A stretch of 64,000 nt of DNA. Source: Octopus vulgaris. Its lineage: Eukaryota. The stretch spans positions 53,444,001 through 53,508,000 of the forward strand of contig OX597819.1 in NCBI GenBank assembly GCA_951406725.2, written 5' to 3'. Position numbers and translations under genes: made by a program. The stretch's first letter is position 1. Each line of letters begins with the position of its first letter. The notes under the pieces are model-generated. The model did not search any database, was not told the origin of the DNA, and saw only the letters and a program-made list of their open reading frames with translations. Below, one piece after another: positions 1-12,881 of the stretch.

Positions 1-3000
1 AGCAAAGGCAAAAGAAAACTTTTCCGGTATATTCCTAAAATACATGTAAAAATTATATCTGATGCAATGACAGTAAGGCCAAAGCCTGCAGATTGTTATT
101 GGTGTGTAGTTACAATCAATGTTACTCATGCAAATTTGTTGTTGTTTAACCCCAAGCCAGAATGGAGCCGGAAGACCTCTGATGAAATGTGGTCCAGCCG
201 TGACTATCAGGGCCTATACTGTCCAATGAATCCTTGTTTGCATTAAGCAATGTAGTCACTGAAATACAAATGATTACTGCTAGAATGTCATAGGTCAGCT
301 GCATCAAGGTTCATCTGGACCTAAACAATAATAGAAACAGCTTGTTCAAACAGACCAATAAAAATACTTGTAATTTATAAAGGATGAAGTCTGTTTCAGG
401 TTTATAGCAACTAATGTGCAAAATCTATGTCCTTACGGGTGGCTGTACACCCAGCAAAAACAAGTCTTTGTCTTCAGGTCCACAAAATACTTCACCTCCC
501 AACAGTTGCTGACTCTCTCAGAAAAACTCAAGTAACACCCACAATGGAATACAGCTACAATAGAATGGCACCACTCTTACACATACAAACATTCTAGACC
601 ATATATCATCATCAAAAAGAAACCTACCCATCTGATTGACATGGAATCACTCAACAACACACTCCAAACTCTAGCCAACAGAGATACTGTCTCTGCTTTT
701 TCTGCTGATACAACTATAGCCCTTTGTCCTTCGAGCTGAGTGATCTTGTGCCACTCCCACTCAAACATAGTCAACTCACTAGTTCTCCTCCTCGTGTCAC
801 TCAGATTGTATTTAACTCTAGCATTTAAACAGGCCATATCTCGCCCAAATAATTTATCAGTTTTATGTTTGAACTAACCAGATTGAGCCTCTCCAACCCA
901 GCATACAATGTCATGCTAAAAATCAACAATCACATCATCAAAATCTCAAAGATAATGTGATTAAATCAAAACAAGGTGAATAAATAAGCATAACATTTGA
1001 CAGAGTAATCTGAATGTTAAAGGGTTAAAAGAATTCAGACTAGCCACTATACCCAATCCATCTTTCCAAAACATCAGTTCTTTGAATTTCCCTCTTTGTC
1101 CATGTCTTTCCTGTAGTTGTTGATTTGTTTTTGTTCAAGAAGAATATCAACTTCAGTACCCTCACCAGACTTGTAGGGCTTACAATAATCACAGGTATAG
1201 CCCTTTCTCCAGATAATGAGGTAAAGTTATTTAAAAAGAAACAGTGGGACCAGGCTACAAAGTAGAGGGTAAGGCCTCAAGAAGTTAAGTTTCTATGTCC
1301 TCGTTTAAATTTCTAAGTGTAAATATTTTACTTTCATTACATTACTAATGACTTGCTCAAAATTAAGAAAGAAAAAAGGCATGAATGTCACAACCTGCAT
1401 TTTTTTTTTCAGATAGAGTTCCACAAGTAAATAGAATTAAATCACCTATTAACAAATATTTCTGATAAGAAAAAGTCAAGGAATCAATTGTATCTTATCA
1501 CACTTACATGGCATTAGATAAATCATTGAAAATGAAACAAAAAGAAAAATGAACTTAGTATGAGTGTAAAGATTAGGAAGAAGAAAAAAAAAAACTAACT
1601 TCTTTTTAAAACCTAGTGAATGCTTGAGGTATTTCCTATGAATTAAATTCAGTGGAACACAAACAAGATAAAATATATATCCCAAAGGGAAATGAAATCA
1701 TTTCTAACTTCTTTTTTTGTTCTCTTAATATAGAGAAGTAGATTCAGATACATGGTTAAGTTGCTGAAAAACTGATGAAAAGGTCATGAGTTCAAACCTA
1801 GCTACAGGCACTGTGTTATGTCTTATGTCCTTGCATCAAGAACATTACTTATTTCAGTCATTCTAGCTGAAAGCAGGTACTATTTCTACTTCTTAGTTGA
1901 GTTCTTAACATTAAGACAGGCATCCAGCTATAAAAAAAACACTTGCGTGGATAATTCATTTTAGAACCGACCAGACTACGTGTGCATGCATGAATGTATG
2001 TATGTATGTACCTACTAATTTTCATACACATACATACAGAAAAATAAAAGGTTAATCATACAGTTATAGTTTAACTTCCATAAAGCTCATAAAAACACCT
2101 GAAAAATAAATGCAGTTTGAATTTGTGTAACATCTAAAATGTTTCCAAAGTTATTCATACAAATGAATTATTTCTATCACTTTTTGACCTTAAAGTCAAC
2201 AATGCCAGAAGCAACACTAGAGACAAGTTACCTGACTAAGTTAAGGAGAAAGAGCAGCTAAAAGTATCAGACTTTAAAAATTTCTACTTTATAGCCAGCC
2301 AGGATATAAGAACACTGATAAGAAACTGCACGCCCAAAAACTTAAATAAATGATATGGTAAATAAAAATTTAGCTACTTATTAGATATGCTGAGAAAAAA
2401 AATATGAGACACAAAATTTCTTTTTCCTTCTTTCAAGGACTGTGCAGGGGAAGGGGAGGGGGCACCAACATGACATGCTGGTGGAGACTGCTGCATGATT
2501 AACCCCAAAACATTGCCATCTCAAATCCTTGAACTCATAGGGCTGATTACCCAGTTTCTATAATGCATAAGTGACTGAGCTCACAACATCGTCACTGAAT
2601 GAGACACCAGTCCATTGCAAACAAGAGTGGACTGGAGCAATATGAACTGACATGTTTTGTTCAAGAATACAATGTATCACCTGGTCCAGGAATTGAAACC
2701 ACAACTTCCTGGTTCTGAGTGCAACATCCTAACCACTAGGCAACATGCCTTCACCAGGCAGAGATTGTTGCATCATTAAACAATATTGTAAGGTATTTCT
2801 CATATTTTTGTAATGCAGAAAATCCTAAGAGTCAATTGAACAAACAGCACCAGTTGTGTGGTTAGTAATTTTAACTGACCCAGGTAGAAGGGACAAAAAA
2901 ATTCAACTCTCGTTCTTTGAACCCTGAACAGTAAATACTAAAAGGCAATGACAATATGCCACCACTCTTACTTCTCCAGAACTAAATTTGTAAATAGGCT

Positions 3001-4446
3001 GCTAAATTAACCAATGGTTTACAATCAAGTAAACATGGCAGTTTGTCTTCACTGTCAATATTTGCTTCTACATTCACCATCACTGAAGACTAGGTCTTTA
3101 CTTCCAGTTGTGTCAGTTCTAACCCAACCTTTGTTTCGATCTAGAAGTCTTGGAAAACAAAAATAAAGTTTCTTGCTTTGTTTTGTCTGGTTTTGTTTCA
3201 TTTTTAAAATTCAGAATGTGAAGAAAACATTACAGAACAAATTAGTAATAATTTATGATTTAATTCCTGCTTATCTGCTAAAATAATTCTAGGGATAAAA
3301 ACATGAACCTAAACCTGCAGATCTTAAAATAGAAAGCTCAAATTATTGCACTGATTCTGAATAAATTAAATGCATTAAATACACGTAATTTACTTGGATT
3401 CAATCAGATTAATTAAAACCAATAGGTGTAGCAGTAGAAAAAAAAAAGAGTTACTTTATTTAATAGCATAAAATGCACTTGGGCATATTAGTTGCACCTC
3501 AATTTCAGCAGCACATGTTCAGGAAAAAAGTTTTTTGAGCATTAAGTATGTTATATAGGACCGACTTTCGAAATAGGGTCAAAGGTGGTTTTATTGGAGA
3601 CATTTTCTGAAGAAAAAGTGCCATCAACTGAAGTCAAGTTATGACTTCAAATCCCGTCACAGGTATTACTATAAGTCAACAAACATAAAAATGCTTGCCA
3701 TGACTACAATTCTTATACATCACTGTATAACCCTTTAGTGTTTGAATTATACTGTTGTTTTGAATTAGCCCAGCATAATGTCATAACTCTGAGATCTCAA
3801 CAATGTAATTGTTTTTAGAATGACATATTTGCAAAGGTATGAGAGGTCAGATCTGACCAGTATGAACATAAAACAGGAAGAATATTTGAGCCAAATATGA
3901 CCAGTTTAAATGCTAAAGGGTTATGTGGTAACAATTAAGAGTGGAATGGAATCATGAATTAAAGCTGATCGAGTAAATCATACACACATCTGAATTAGCA
4001 GCAATACCTAACAAATGGTAATGAAACAGTGAAAGGAAATGAATGCTCGGCTATATATTTGTTGACACTGTAGACAAGTCATGTAAACCCTCAGGGTCAT
4101 GTTGACACTGCAACTGTGACAGAAAGGGTACACAAACAAAAGAATCAAGGACTTTAAATTGACATTTAAAATCAGAATAGATTTTTGTTTTGTTTTGTCC
4201 TTTTAGATAGATACAACAATATTTTACATGGAGTTGATAGACACAAACATACATGTATAGTTATGTATTATGTAACACATACATAAACATCCATAAATAC
4301 ATATATATATATATACACACACACACATATACATAGATACATATCAATATATTAATACATATATTGGTGTTCAACATATATATGCATATGTGTGTTTGTA
4401 TCTGTATGTATGTGTGCATGTGTGTGTGTGTATGTGTGTGTGTATG

Positions 4447-4486
<40 letters not shown>

Positions 4487-5204
4487 ATAAAACAAACACT
4501 AAAAGAAATAACCTCTTCCAACAACATTTTAGTTGAAGGAATGAACATCTTGTTAATTATCTATTATACAATGCATTTGAAAGCCAAAGAGCAATTTTAT
4601 TAAGAATGAATATTATTTAGATCGGTAAATAAAATGTTTTAACAAAACATGCAAATTATGTTCAGCGGTGCACCATGCAGTTCAATTGTAAGAATAGTTT
4701 CATAGTTGAAAAGATATATTATAATTCATAACAATAAAAGAAAAATAAAGAAAATAGCAAAAATAGAGGAGGGGTGTATATTACACTTGAATTAAGTCTA
4801 TCAGTTGAGAACAGCAACAAAGGAAGGGAACAATTGAAGCTAGTCATACAACATTCTATCAATTTAACACTGCGTTACTATGGGATCGTAGGAATGTCAG
4901 AAAAATTGCCTTGCAGTATGTTGTTCTGAGTCTACATGCCATGAGTTCAAATCCTACTGACGTCAACTTTTCTTTACATTCTTTCATGGAAGGAGGGAAG
5001 GGTCAATAAAATAATGTACCAGTAATGTACTGAGGTTACTATATTTGATTATTTCTTTTTCCTGAACTCAAGGTGTTTAGCCTATGTTAGGAACAGTAAT
5101 TATTATTATAATTATTTTGAGAAAGGGGAGCTATCCCAAAGCAGACACAGAACCTGGCACAGCCCTCTGGCTCATCTATTAATTAAATGATGATGATGAT
5201 GATG

Positions 5205-5670
5205 AACATCTTGCTTCCCTGGACATGGACACATTAAAGCTCCATCTGGCAACTGGCTTGGTAGTCACCTGCAAGATTATCCACCATCTTTCCAACAACC
5301 TTGAGCACCTTTTTGAATTTCATGTGTCTAACACTTATGGATTTGCTTACAAAATCAAAAAACAACAGAGCACCCATGACTTTCAGAAACATTTTATCAT
5401 GCTAAGAATTACTGAAGCATGGAATAAACTACCTGCATCAGTTGTTAGCTACTGAGATACTACATCCTTCAACACTTCCATACTTCCTGAAATTCACCAA
5501 CACTACACCTTTCTACACCCATTTCTTCTTCTTCCCACCCCTTTTTTTTTAGACTTTTTCACTGTTTACTGCTTGTGCATATTCTATCTACTGTTCATGC
5601 AGTTTTGGTTACTTTTTCTGATGAGTTGTAATGCACCTGAACACTAGATACAACAAGTTCATTATCATAT
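5205..5670 (+). mobile_element. CR1/L2-like LINE 3' fragment
   Basis: KHFIMLRITEAWNKLPASVV resembles the CR1 ORF2 C-terminal F..R....WN.LP..VV motif. Confidence 0.65.
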
Positions 5671-5887
5671 TCTTTTATTTGTTTCAGTCATCTGACTGCA
5701 GCCATGCTGGAGCACTGCATTTAGTTGAACAAATTGACCAGGGACTTATTCTTTATAAGCCTAGTTCTTATTCTAATAGTCACTTTTGTCAAACTACTAA
5801 GTTACAGAGATGTAAACCCACCAACATCAGTTGTCAAGCAATGGTAGGAGGACAAACACAGAAACACTACCATATACATATATATAT

Positions 5888-6314
5888 CATCATCATCATC
5901 ATCGTTTAACGTCCGCTTTCCATGCTAGCATGGGTTGGACGGTTCAACTGGGGTCTGGCAAGCCCGAAGGCTGCACCAGGCCAGTCAGATCTGGCAGTGT
6001 TTCTACAGCTGGATGCCCTTCCTAACGCCAACCACTCCGAGAGTGTAGTGGGTGATTTTATGTGCCACCGTCACAGGTGCCAGACGAGGCTGGCGAACAG
6101 CCACGCTTGGATGGTGTTTTTTATGTGCCATCGACACAGGTGCCAGACGAGGCTGGCGAACGGCCATGATCGGATGGTGTTTGTTACGTGCCCACAGCAC
6201 GGAGGCCAGTCGATGTGGTACTGGCTACGGCCACGTTCGGATGGTTTTCTTATGTGCCACCGGCACTGGTACCACAAAGATACAAATTCCATTGATGTTC
6301 ATCTAATTTGATTT

Positions 6315-6315
<1 letters not shown>
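5888..6315 (-). mobile_element. RTE 3'-UTR-derived short element with ~60-bp subrepeats
   Basis: Shares ctggatgcccttcctaacgccaaccactcc and the (GAT)n tail with the LINE 3' end at 14745-15300. Confidence 0.85.
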
Positions 6316-6362
<47 letters not shown>

Positions 6363-6369
6363 GGGAGAA

Positions 6370-6692
6370 CCTTCCGTTTCGTGACCGTTGCCAGCACCGC
6401 CCCGTTTCGTGTCCGTTGCCAGCCTCGCCTGGCCCTTGTGCCGGTGGCACATAAAAAGCACCATCCGTTCGTGGCCGTTTGCCAGCTCTGTCTGGCACCT
6501 GTGCGGGTGGCATGTAAAAAGCACCCACTACACTCACGGAGTGGTTGGCGTTAGGAAGGGCATCCAGCCGTAGAAACACTGCCAGATTTGACTGGGCCTG
6601 ATGAAGCCTTCTGGCTTCACAGACCCCAGTAGAACCGTCCAACCCATGCTAGCATGGAAAACGGACGCTAAACGATGATGATGATGATGATG
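6370..6692 (+). mobile_element. RTE 3'-UTR-derived short element
   Basis: Same tail family, ending aaacgatgatgatgatg; opposite orientation to 5888-6315. Confidence 0.85.
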
Positions 6693-6784
6693 ATAGGGAG
6701 AGTTTACGAAAAAAACAAAAGACGAAGACAGGTGATGTACAAAACAAACAGATGTATTAGTATAACACTCAGGAATAGAAAAGT

Positions 6785-6820
6785 CTTTTACATTTCGAGC
6801 CTACGCTCTTCTACAGAAAG
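6785..6820 (-). ncRNA. Minimal hammerhead-like motif, second copy
   Basis: Reverse complement reads cttt-CTGTAGA-a-GAG-cgtagg-CTC-GAAATGTA-aaag; same family as 7922-7957. Confidence 0.45.
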
Positions 6821-7324
6821 GGACACAGAAAAAACAAGGAGAGAAAAAAATGTGTGTAGTGGTTAACGATCTATCATGACGACAGGCTTCTTTCACAACA
6901 CCATCATCATTTAATGTCCAATTCTCCATGCTAGCATGGGTCAAGTGTAGTTTATTGAAGCAAATATTTTTAGAGCCGGATGCTCTTCTTGTTGCCAAAC
7001 CTTACCTGTTTCCAAGCAAGGTGATATTTCTCCCATGGTCAAACATGCTTTACAAGGAAAACTGGCAACGAACAACATCACTTGTATGATGGCAACAATC
7101 ATTTGCAACCATCATGTGATGTCAAAACAAGGAGTCACATACACACATCTGTATGTGCAGTTCAACTGAACCCAAAGCTAAATGGTTAGGGAAGAAACTT
7201 CTTCACCACACAGCCAGCTTGCAGCTATATATATATATAATCATCATTTAACACCCATATCCCATGCTGGCATGGCGTGGCTTTTTTTGTAAATGTCAGA
7301 TGAAGGCTTCATAACTTTTTTTTT

Positions 7325-7551
7325 CTTATTGCCCACAAGGGGTTAAACATAGAGGGAACAAACAAGGACAGACAAAGGAATTAAGTCAATTACATCAACC
7401 CCAGTGCATAACTGGTACTTAATTTATCAACTCCGAAAGGGTGAAAGGCAAAGTCGACCTAGGCGGAATTTGAACTCGGAACGTAAAGACAGATGAAATA
7501 CCGCTAAGCATTTCACCCGGTGTCCTAACGTTTCTGCCAGCTCGCCGCCTT
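7325..7551 (-). mobile_element. tRNA-derived SINE family B with a Nin/Deu-like central domain; copies near 4880(+), 13370, 37930, 41720, 42025, 61290(+), 62255(+)
   Basis: Reverse complement ggcgagctggcagaaacgttag...gagttcaaattcc...gtcgactttgcctttca...gataaattaagtaccag, with an A-rich tail. Confidence 0.8.
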
Positions 7552-7921
7552 AACTTATTAAACAAATGCCACAGATAATTTGTTTATAATGATCAAGCGT
7601 TAGTGCTGTACATTATCTCACTACCTCTGTCAAATCAACATGGACTGTACAGGTGCACTGATGTGTCATACTTCAGATGACGAAGTGGTTGCAGAGCAAT
7701 GCAAAATGAAGTGTTTCTCTCAAGAACACAATGCACTGCCCAGTCTGAAAATTAAAACCACAATTTAGCAATTGTGAGTGCAGCACCTAACCACTGGGCC
7801 ATGTGCTTTAGGAAGAACAATGTGTCATCAGTAATGGTGTGTGTGTGTACACATGTGCCATGATTGATTGCTAAATCCACAAGTTTTTTTTTTTTCTCTC
7901 TCTGTTTATTTCCTCGTGTTC

Positions 7922-7957
7922 CTTTCTGTTGAAGAGTGTAGGCTCGAAACGTAAAAG
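7922..7957 (+). ncRNA. Minimal hammerhead-like motif in a short Penelope-like repeat
   Basis: cttt-CTGTTGA-a-GAG-tgtagg-CTC-GAAACGTA-aaag; palindromic ACGT in stem III; A6 replaced by T. Confidence 0.5.
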
Positions 7958-8024
7958 ATTTTCTCACTTTCCCAAGCATCAAACTAATACACCTGTCTTT
8001 GTCTTTTGTTTTTCTGTAAATTCC

Positions 8025-8072
<48 letters not shown>

Positions 8073-8238
8073 CGTTGTTACACATCGCTAGTCACAATCC
8101 GCTTTTGCATTGTTTTAGCTTAATTTCCATTATGTCCTTTAAGTTGTATGAAAATTTCATGCATTTATTTGTAAAGTTAAAGAAGTTATTAAAAATTGAA
8201 ACCCATCAGTGACTTTTGGGACACACTGTGTGTATGTA

Positions 8239-8286
<48 letters not shown>

Positions 8287-8307
8287 TATACATATGTGTG
8301 TAATGCA

Positions 8308-8620
8308 GGACACTGACTGGGAGAACAATGCCTGTCATCGCCACAGATGGAGGAAGCAGGTTAAGGAGGGGATCGACACTTTTGAGAGAGCATGTATCCA
8401 GCATGAAGAACTTAAGCGAGTTGCGCAAAAGCGCACGGCTCGTATAGTGAATGGGGAAAGCTTGGTCTGCAATGTTTGCAGTCGTGTATGCTTGTCAAGA
8501 GCAGGGCTCATTAGCCACTAACAGAGCCGCAAATGCAAAATATAAGTTAGTTCTAGAGCGCACAATGTTCCTGAAGGTCAGCAATGGTCTTCCTCGGTCA
8601 CGAGTGGACGCCCATCATCA
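8308..8620 (+). mobile_element. BovB-like RTE 3' end with C2H2-type finger
   Basis: WENNACHRHRWRKQVKEG...CNVCSRVCLSRAGLISH. Confidence 0.7.
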
Positions 8621-9244
8621 TATATATATATATATATATATAGCTGAAATTCTTCATAAGCTTTACTGATATTATAGGGCTCTTCTAAAATTTTAGAAAT
8701 TATTTTTATTCTTGAACAACTGAGAATCATCTAAAGATATATTTTAGCAATAGATTCATTACCACTTATATTTCAGTCCTTTCTTCCTAACAAAGGTCGG
8801 AAAGAAGTTAGCAAGAAGATGATCAAACAATTAAAACGTAAGCAATAAAACATTGTCATCACCAAAGACCACATACTTCACCAATTTTACATCCATTTTC
8901 TACACCAGGATAAGTTGATTAGTAGCCGGGTTGATCATTGTTATATTAGTTATATCTTCCAACATCAAAATATCATACAAGATAAAAATATAAATTAAAC
9001 CAGACTCTTAAAAGAGGTTTCAAGTAGAACAGTCAAACTTACATGACACTCTGGGGGGGGGGGGACTAAAGCATTGAAACAGAAGATAACTAAATCTTTG
9101 GTAAATTCTGATGGAGGCTTCAAATGCTCCCCCACCCACCACTTCTGTCCTCCCACCCTCTCACTCTTCTGTTGTTCTTCTCACACACCACCCTGTTGTT
9201 CTTCTTCAATTACAGGAATCTGTCCAACAAAAATATTAGCTTAC

Positions 9245-9323
9245 CTCTGTCAACAGGCAAATCGGTTTCAAGTGGCAGGAAATTCAGCAACACTGACAGC
9301 CGGCACCATAAAGACTGTGAACT
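9245..9323 (-). CDS. SMG5: SMG5 exon, last found in window (79 nt, phase 0/1)
   Basis: ttgttatag|...|gtaagc; SSQSLWCRLSVLLNFLPLETDLPVDR (SMG5 SSQSLW.RLSVLLN.LP motif). It follows an intron of about 16.9 kb. Confidence 0.93.
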
Positions 9324-10894
9324 CTATAACAATTGAAAAGATAGAAATCATCAAAAAAAAAAAGTAAAGTAAAAAAGAAAAAAAAGAAGCACAGAATCTT
9401 TCACAGATACAAAAACTACAAAAGATAGAAATACTAAGTTGATGCTGCAATATATAAAAATGACCATTAAAAAAAAAAGGGGGAGGTATAAAATAAAGAT
9501 TATAAAAAAAAAAAAGTAGCCACACAATATTTGCCATTAAGTAGTCATCTCCAAATTAATTCATTCAACAATTCTGTATTTGGTTGTCTCAAGTATTTCT
9601 CATGAGTATTTATAGCCATTTCCCGAAATTACACTTTTAAACCTAAATATAGGTCTTGCCTCATTCAGTTCTCAAAGAGAATTCTTGAGGAAATCATTCT
9701 ATTTTATCTACATCACACCTTCTTGGTCTATTTCTATTCTCACGATGATCTCATACCAGATAATGGCACTTCAGAAAATTGCCACCCAAATCTTTCTTCC
9801 AAACTAGTATTAAATGTCGAGTAGCTAGTAATAATTATACCTCACTTAAAACTACATTTATGTTATTTTAATTAAACAGCACACTCGTTACATTATATTG
9901 TTTCAGAGGTTCAAGTTTCATTATATACTGCAAAAAATATAAGAATCCTTGGGTCATTGTAATAAAATAGTCAGGCTAAAAGCCCTCTCCAACCTTCTTG
10001 ATAGCTTGTTTTTATTATGACCAACAAAAGTATAACTTTGTGGTTAAGAAGTCTATTTCATAACCATGAGGTTTTGAATTCAGTCTTATTGAACAGTACC
10101 TTGAGCAAAATATCTTGGGCCAACCAATGTCTTATGAGCGAATTTGGTAGACAGAAACTGTATTCAACCCAGGTTTGGCCATATAGGCACAGTCATAGCT
10201 GTATGGTGAAGATGTTTGTTTCCTGACCACATTGTTTCAGGTTCAGTCCCACTTCGTGATATCTAGGGCAAATGTCTTCTACTATAATCCTAGACCAACA
10301 AGAGCCTTGGAAGTGAATTTGGAAGGCAGAAACTGAAAGACATCTAGTGTGTGCGTGTGTGTATTGTTTGTTCTTTCTCAAGCCATGCCTGACTCATAAT
10401 GGACCAGTATCCTGGTTTCATTGGTGTATAGGTTCCCTACCTGGATGGGACGCTGGTCCATCACAGGTGAGCTGCTAGATGCAAGAGGAAAGAGCGAGAG
10501 AAAGTTGTGGCAAAAGAGTCAGCAGAAGTTCGCCATTACCTTCTACTGGAGCCACATGGAGCTTAGGTGTTTTGCTCATAAATACACACATTGCCAGGTC
10601 TGAGATTCGAACCTGCGAGTCCACTGCTCTAACCACTAGGTCATGTGCCTACACACACACATATAAGCAAGGAGATTTTCTCCCCATCACTAAAATAAAA
10701 TAGGATAGACCAATCAAGTTGTGATAGAAGGAATCCTAGCCACCATTCACTGTGAGTTCACTGAACAATGATGGTGGTCATCTCATCTACCTTTTCATAG
10801 AAGCAATGGCCTGAGGAATGTAAAGAGCTAAGTGCACACATACACATAATCATAATAAAATAAGTTTCACAAATTTACTGTTGTATTCTGCTCT

Positions 10895-10935
<41 letters not shown>

Positions 10936-11284
10936 CAACCATCCATCTACCAAATCCACTAACAAAACTTTAGCCCACCCAGGGCCATAGTAGACAAAAC
11001 TGTTGCCCATTTGGCTGGGAAGCAAACATCTCAACTACACACAGTTATGTCTGTGCCTGGAAAATCTTAGACAAAAATAGCAAATTAACAATGCTTAAAG
11101 GATAGAAACAAAACATGTTTACTTAAAAGATTAATTCCCAAGAACATCACTGAATCAATAGGAATCAATTATGGTGTATCATTTTGTTATAAGAAGCTTA
11201 TTAGTACAGACCACATGATGCTAATGGATGATGAGTGTTAGATGAAAAAGTAATAGACATTGTTAGTAGAGGCTAATCATAGAT

Positions 11285-11531
11285 CAGTGTTTCTCAACCA
11301 GGGTCCACATGACCTTTGAGGATCCATATAAGATTCTGTTGTCCAAAATTATGTGTACTAAATTGGTTACACTTCCACAATGTACAAAATATGGTAACAA
11401 TTTCTTTTATACAATTCTTATTCAATAATTAATTATAAAATATTTTTTAAATATTGAATGGCTATTGGGATCCACCTGAGTAAAATAGAAATCAAAAGGG
11501 TTCAAGGACAAAATGTGGTTGAGAACCACTG
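11285..11531. mobile_element. hAT (Charlie-like) MITE
   Basis: TIRs CAGTGTTTCTCAACC / GGTTGAGAACCACTG; 8-bp flanks tcatagat / ccatagat. Confidence 0.8.
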
Positions 11532-12844
11532 CCATAGATGAAGAAGACTAAAGATTACTAGTAGTAGTAGTAAAATCAGATCTTAGCATACTGGTCTTCA
11601 CAGACAAGATGATGAAAGACCAAAACCGTTGACAATGTTCTGTGCAGCAGACCAATTGAAAACATTAGCATAGAATGAAAACAAAGACACTAAAATGATG
11701 ACAACAATAGTAGAGGGGTGAAGGGAGAGGTGGGGGGAGCATGGGTGGAAGACAAGAAGCATTATTGTATTTTTGTGGAGTGGGTAACATCATTAAGGAG
11801 TGATGTATGATATGAAGTGGTTGTTCTTTGGTGTTGTTTCTATGTACATAGTGTGGTGTGTTATGATTTGTTGGGTACAACTGTTAGTTTTAATCTTGTG
11901 AAGTAAAAATTTTATTTTGTGTTATTAGTGGGGTTTTTTTATTGCACTGAAGTTGATGTTAAGATAGGTTAAAAGAATACTGTAGTGGTTGAGTGTAGAG
12001 ATTTAAAAGCCATGTTTTGTGGTGAAAAGAAATACATGAACGTTTCTAAGCACTCGTAAAAAAAAAAAAGTGTTTTCTAAAAGTAAATTGATAATGATAT
12101 TCAAAAACAATGTCCTATAAACAAAGTCTGCAGTAAGTGGTGAGAAATAAATAAATTGATTGAATGAATGTAAAATTAAACAAAATTAAAATTCCAAAAC
12201 AAATTCCTTTTATAAAAGGACAAAAAAAAATAAATAAATAATATTTGTAATTAGAAGAGAATATTTGTAATTTTTAATTTTTGCTGCTTAAATTTCTGAG
12301 ATGCCAGCAACACAAATTAAATAAATGATTAACGAAAAACCAGCTACAACCGCTAAGTCTTTGAGAACAATAATAAGTCATTTCCACCACTTAGAATACT
12401 TGTAGTGTTTTCTAGTTTTCAAGTGGCCTTGCAAATTATATTACACAAATATCTTCAGATCTCCTCAGTTTGTTGAGTACCAAAAATCTGGCTAATGTCT
12501 AGGAACATTAACCCAGTTTCATGAGATGCAGAGAATAAAAAATACTAATAAATGAAGGAATAAATAAAGAGAAACATGAATGCAAAAATAATGTTTAAGT
12601 CTGCTTCACAAATTTGGAGATCAGCAATGCTAATGAAAGTGATTTATAGCTTACAATATAATATCCTTAATACATCTTGTTAATAAAATTACTCTTTTTT
12701 CTTCTTTTTTTTTTACTCCAATTAGAAATTAATTAACTGTATTTGTGAAATAATGCTTTAAGTATTTCTTAAATAATGCATCACTATTAAGTAACTTCAA
12801 GTAGTTACTTGATAGGGATGACAATGATGAAGATGATGATAGGG

Positions 12845-12881
<37 letters not shown>

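Noticed and set aside
577-837. 86-aa ORF as a possible further SMG5 exon
   Set aside because: No similarity to the expected next SMG5 segment; it starts inside a MITE end and looks like a degraded LINE relic.
5922-6642. Cys/His-rich ORFs (MCHRHRCQTRLA repeats), also at 14788-15354 and 17220-17952
   Set aside because: Conceptual translations of the RTE 3'-UTR minisatellite; not CRISPR-like because there are no unique spacers.
12387-12426. Hairpin ccactt...aagtgg as a possible pre-miRNA
   Set aside because: Only about 40 nt with mismatches, too short; no recognisable mature miRNA.
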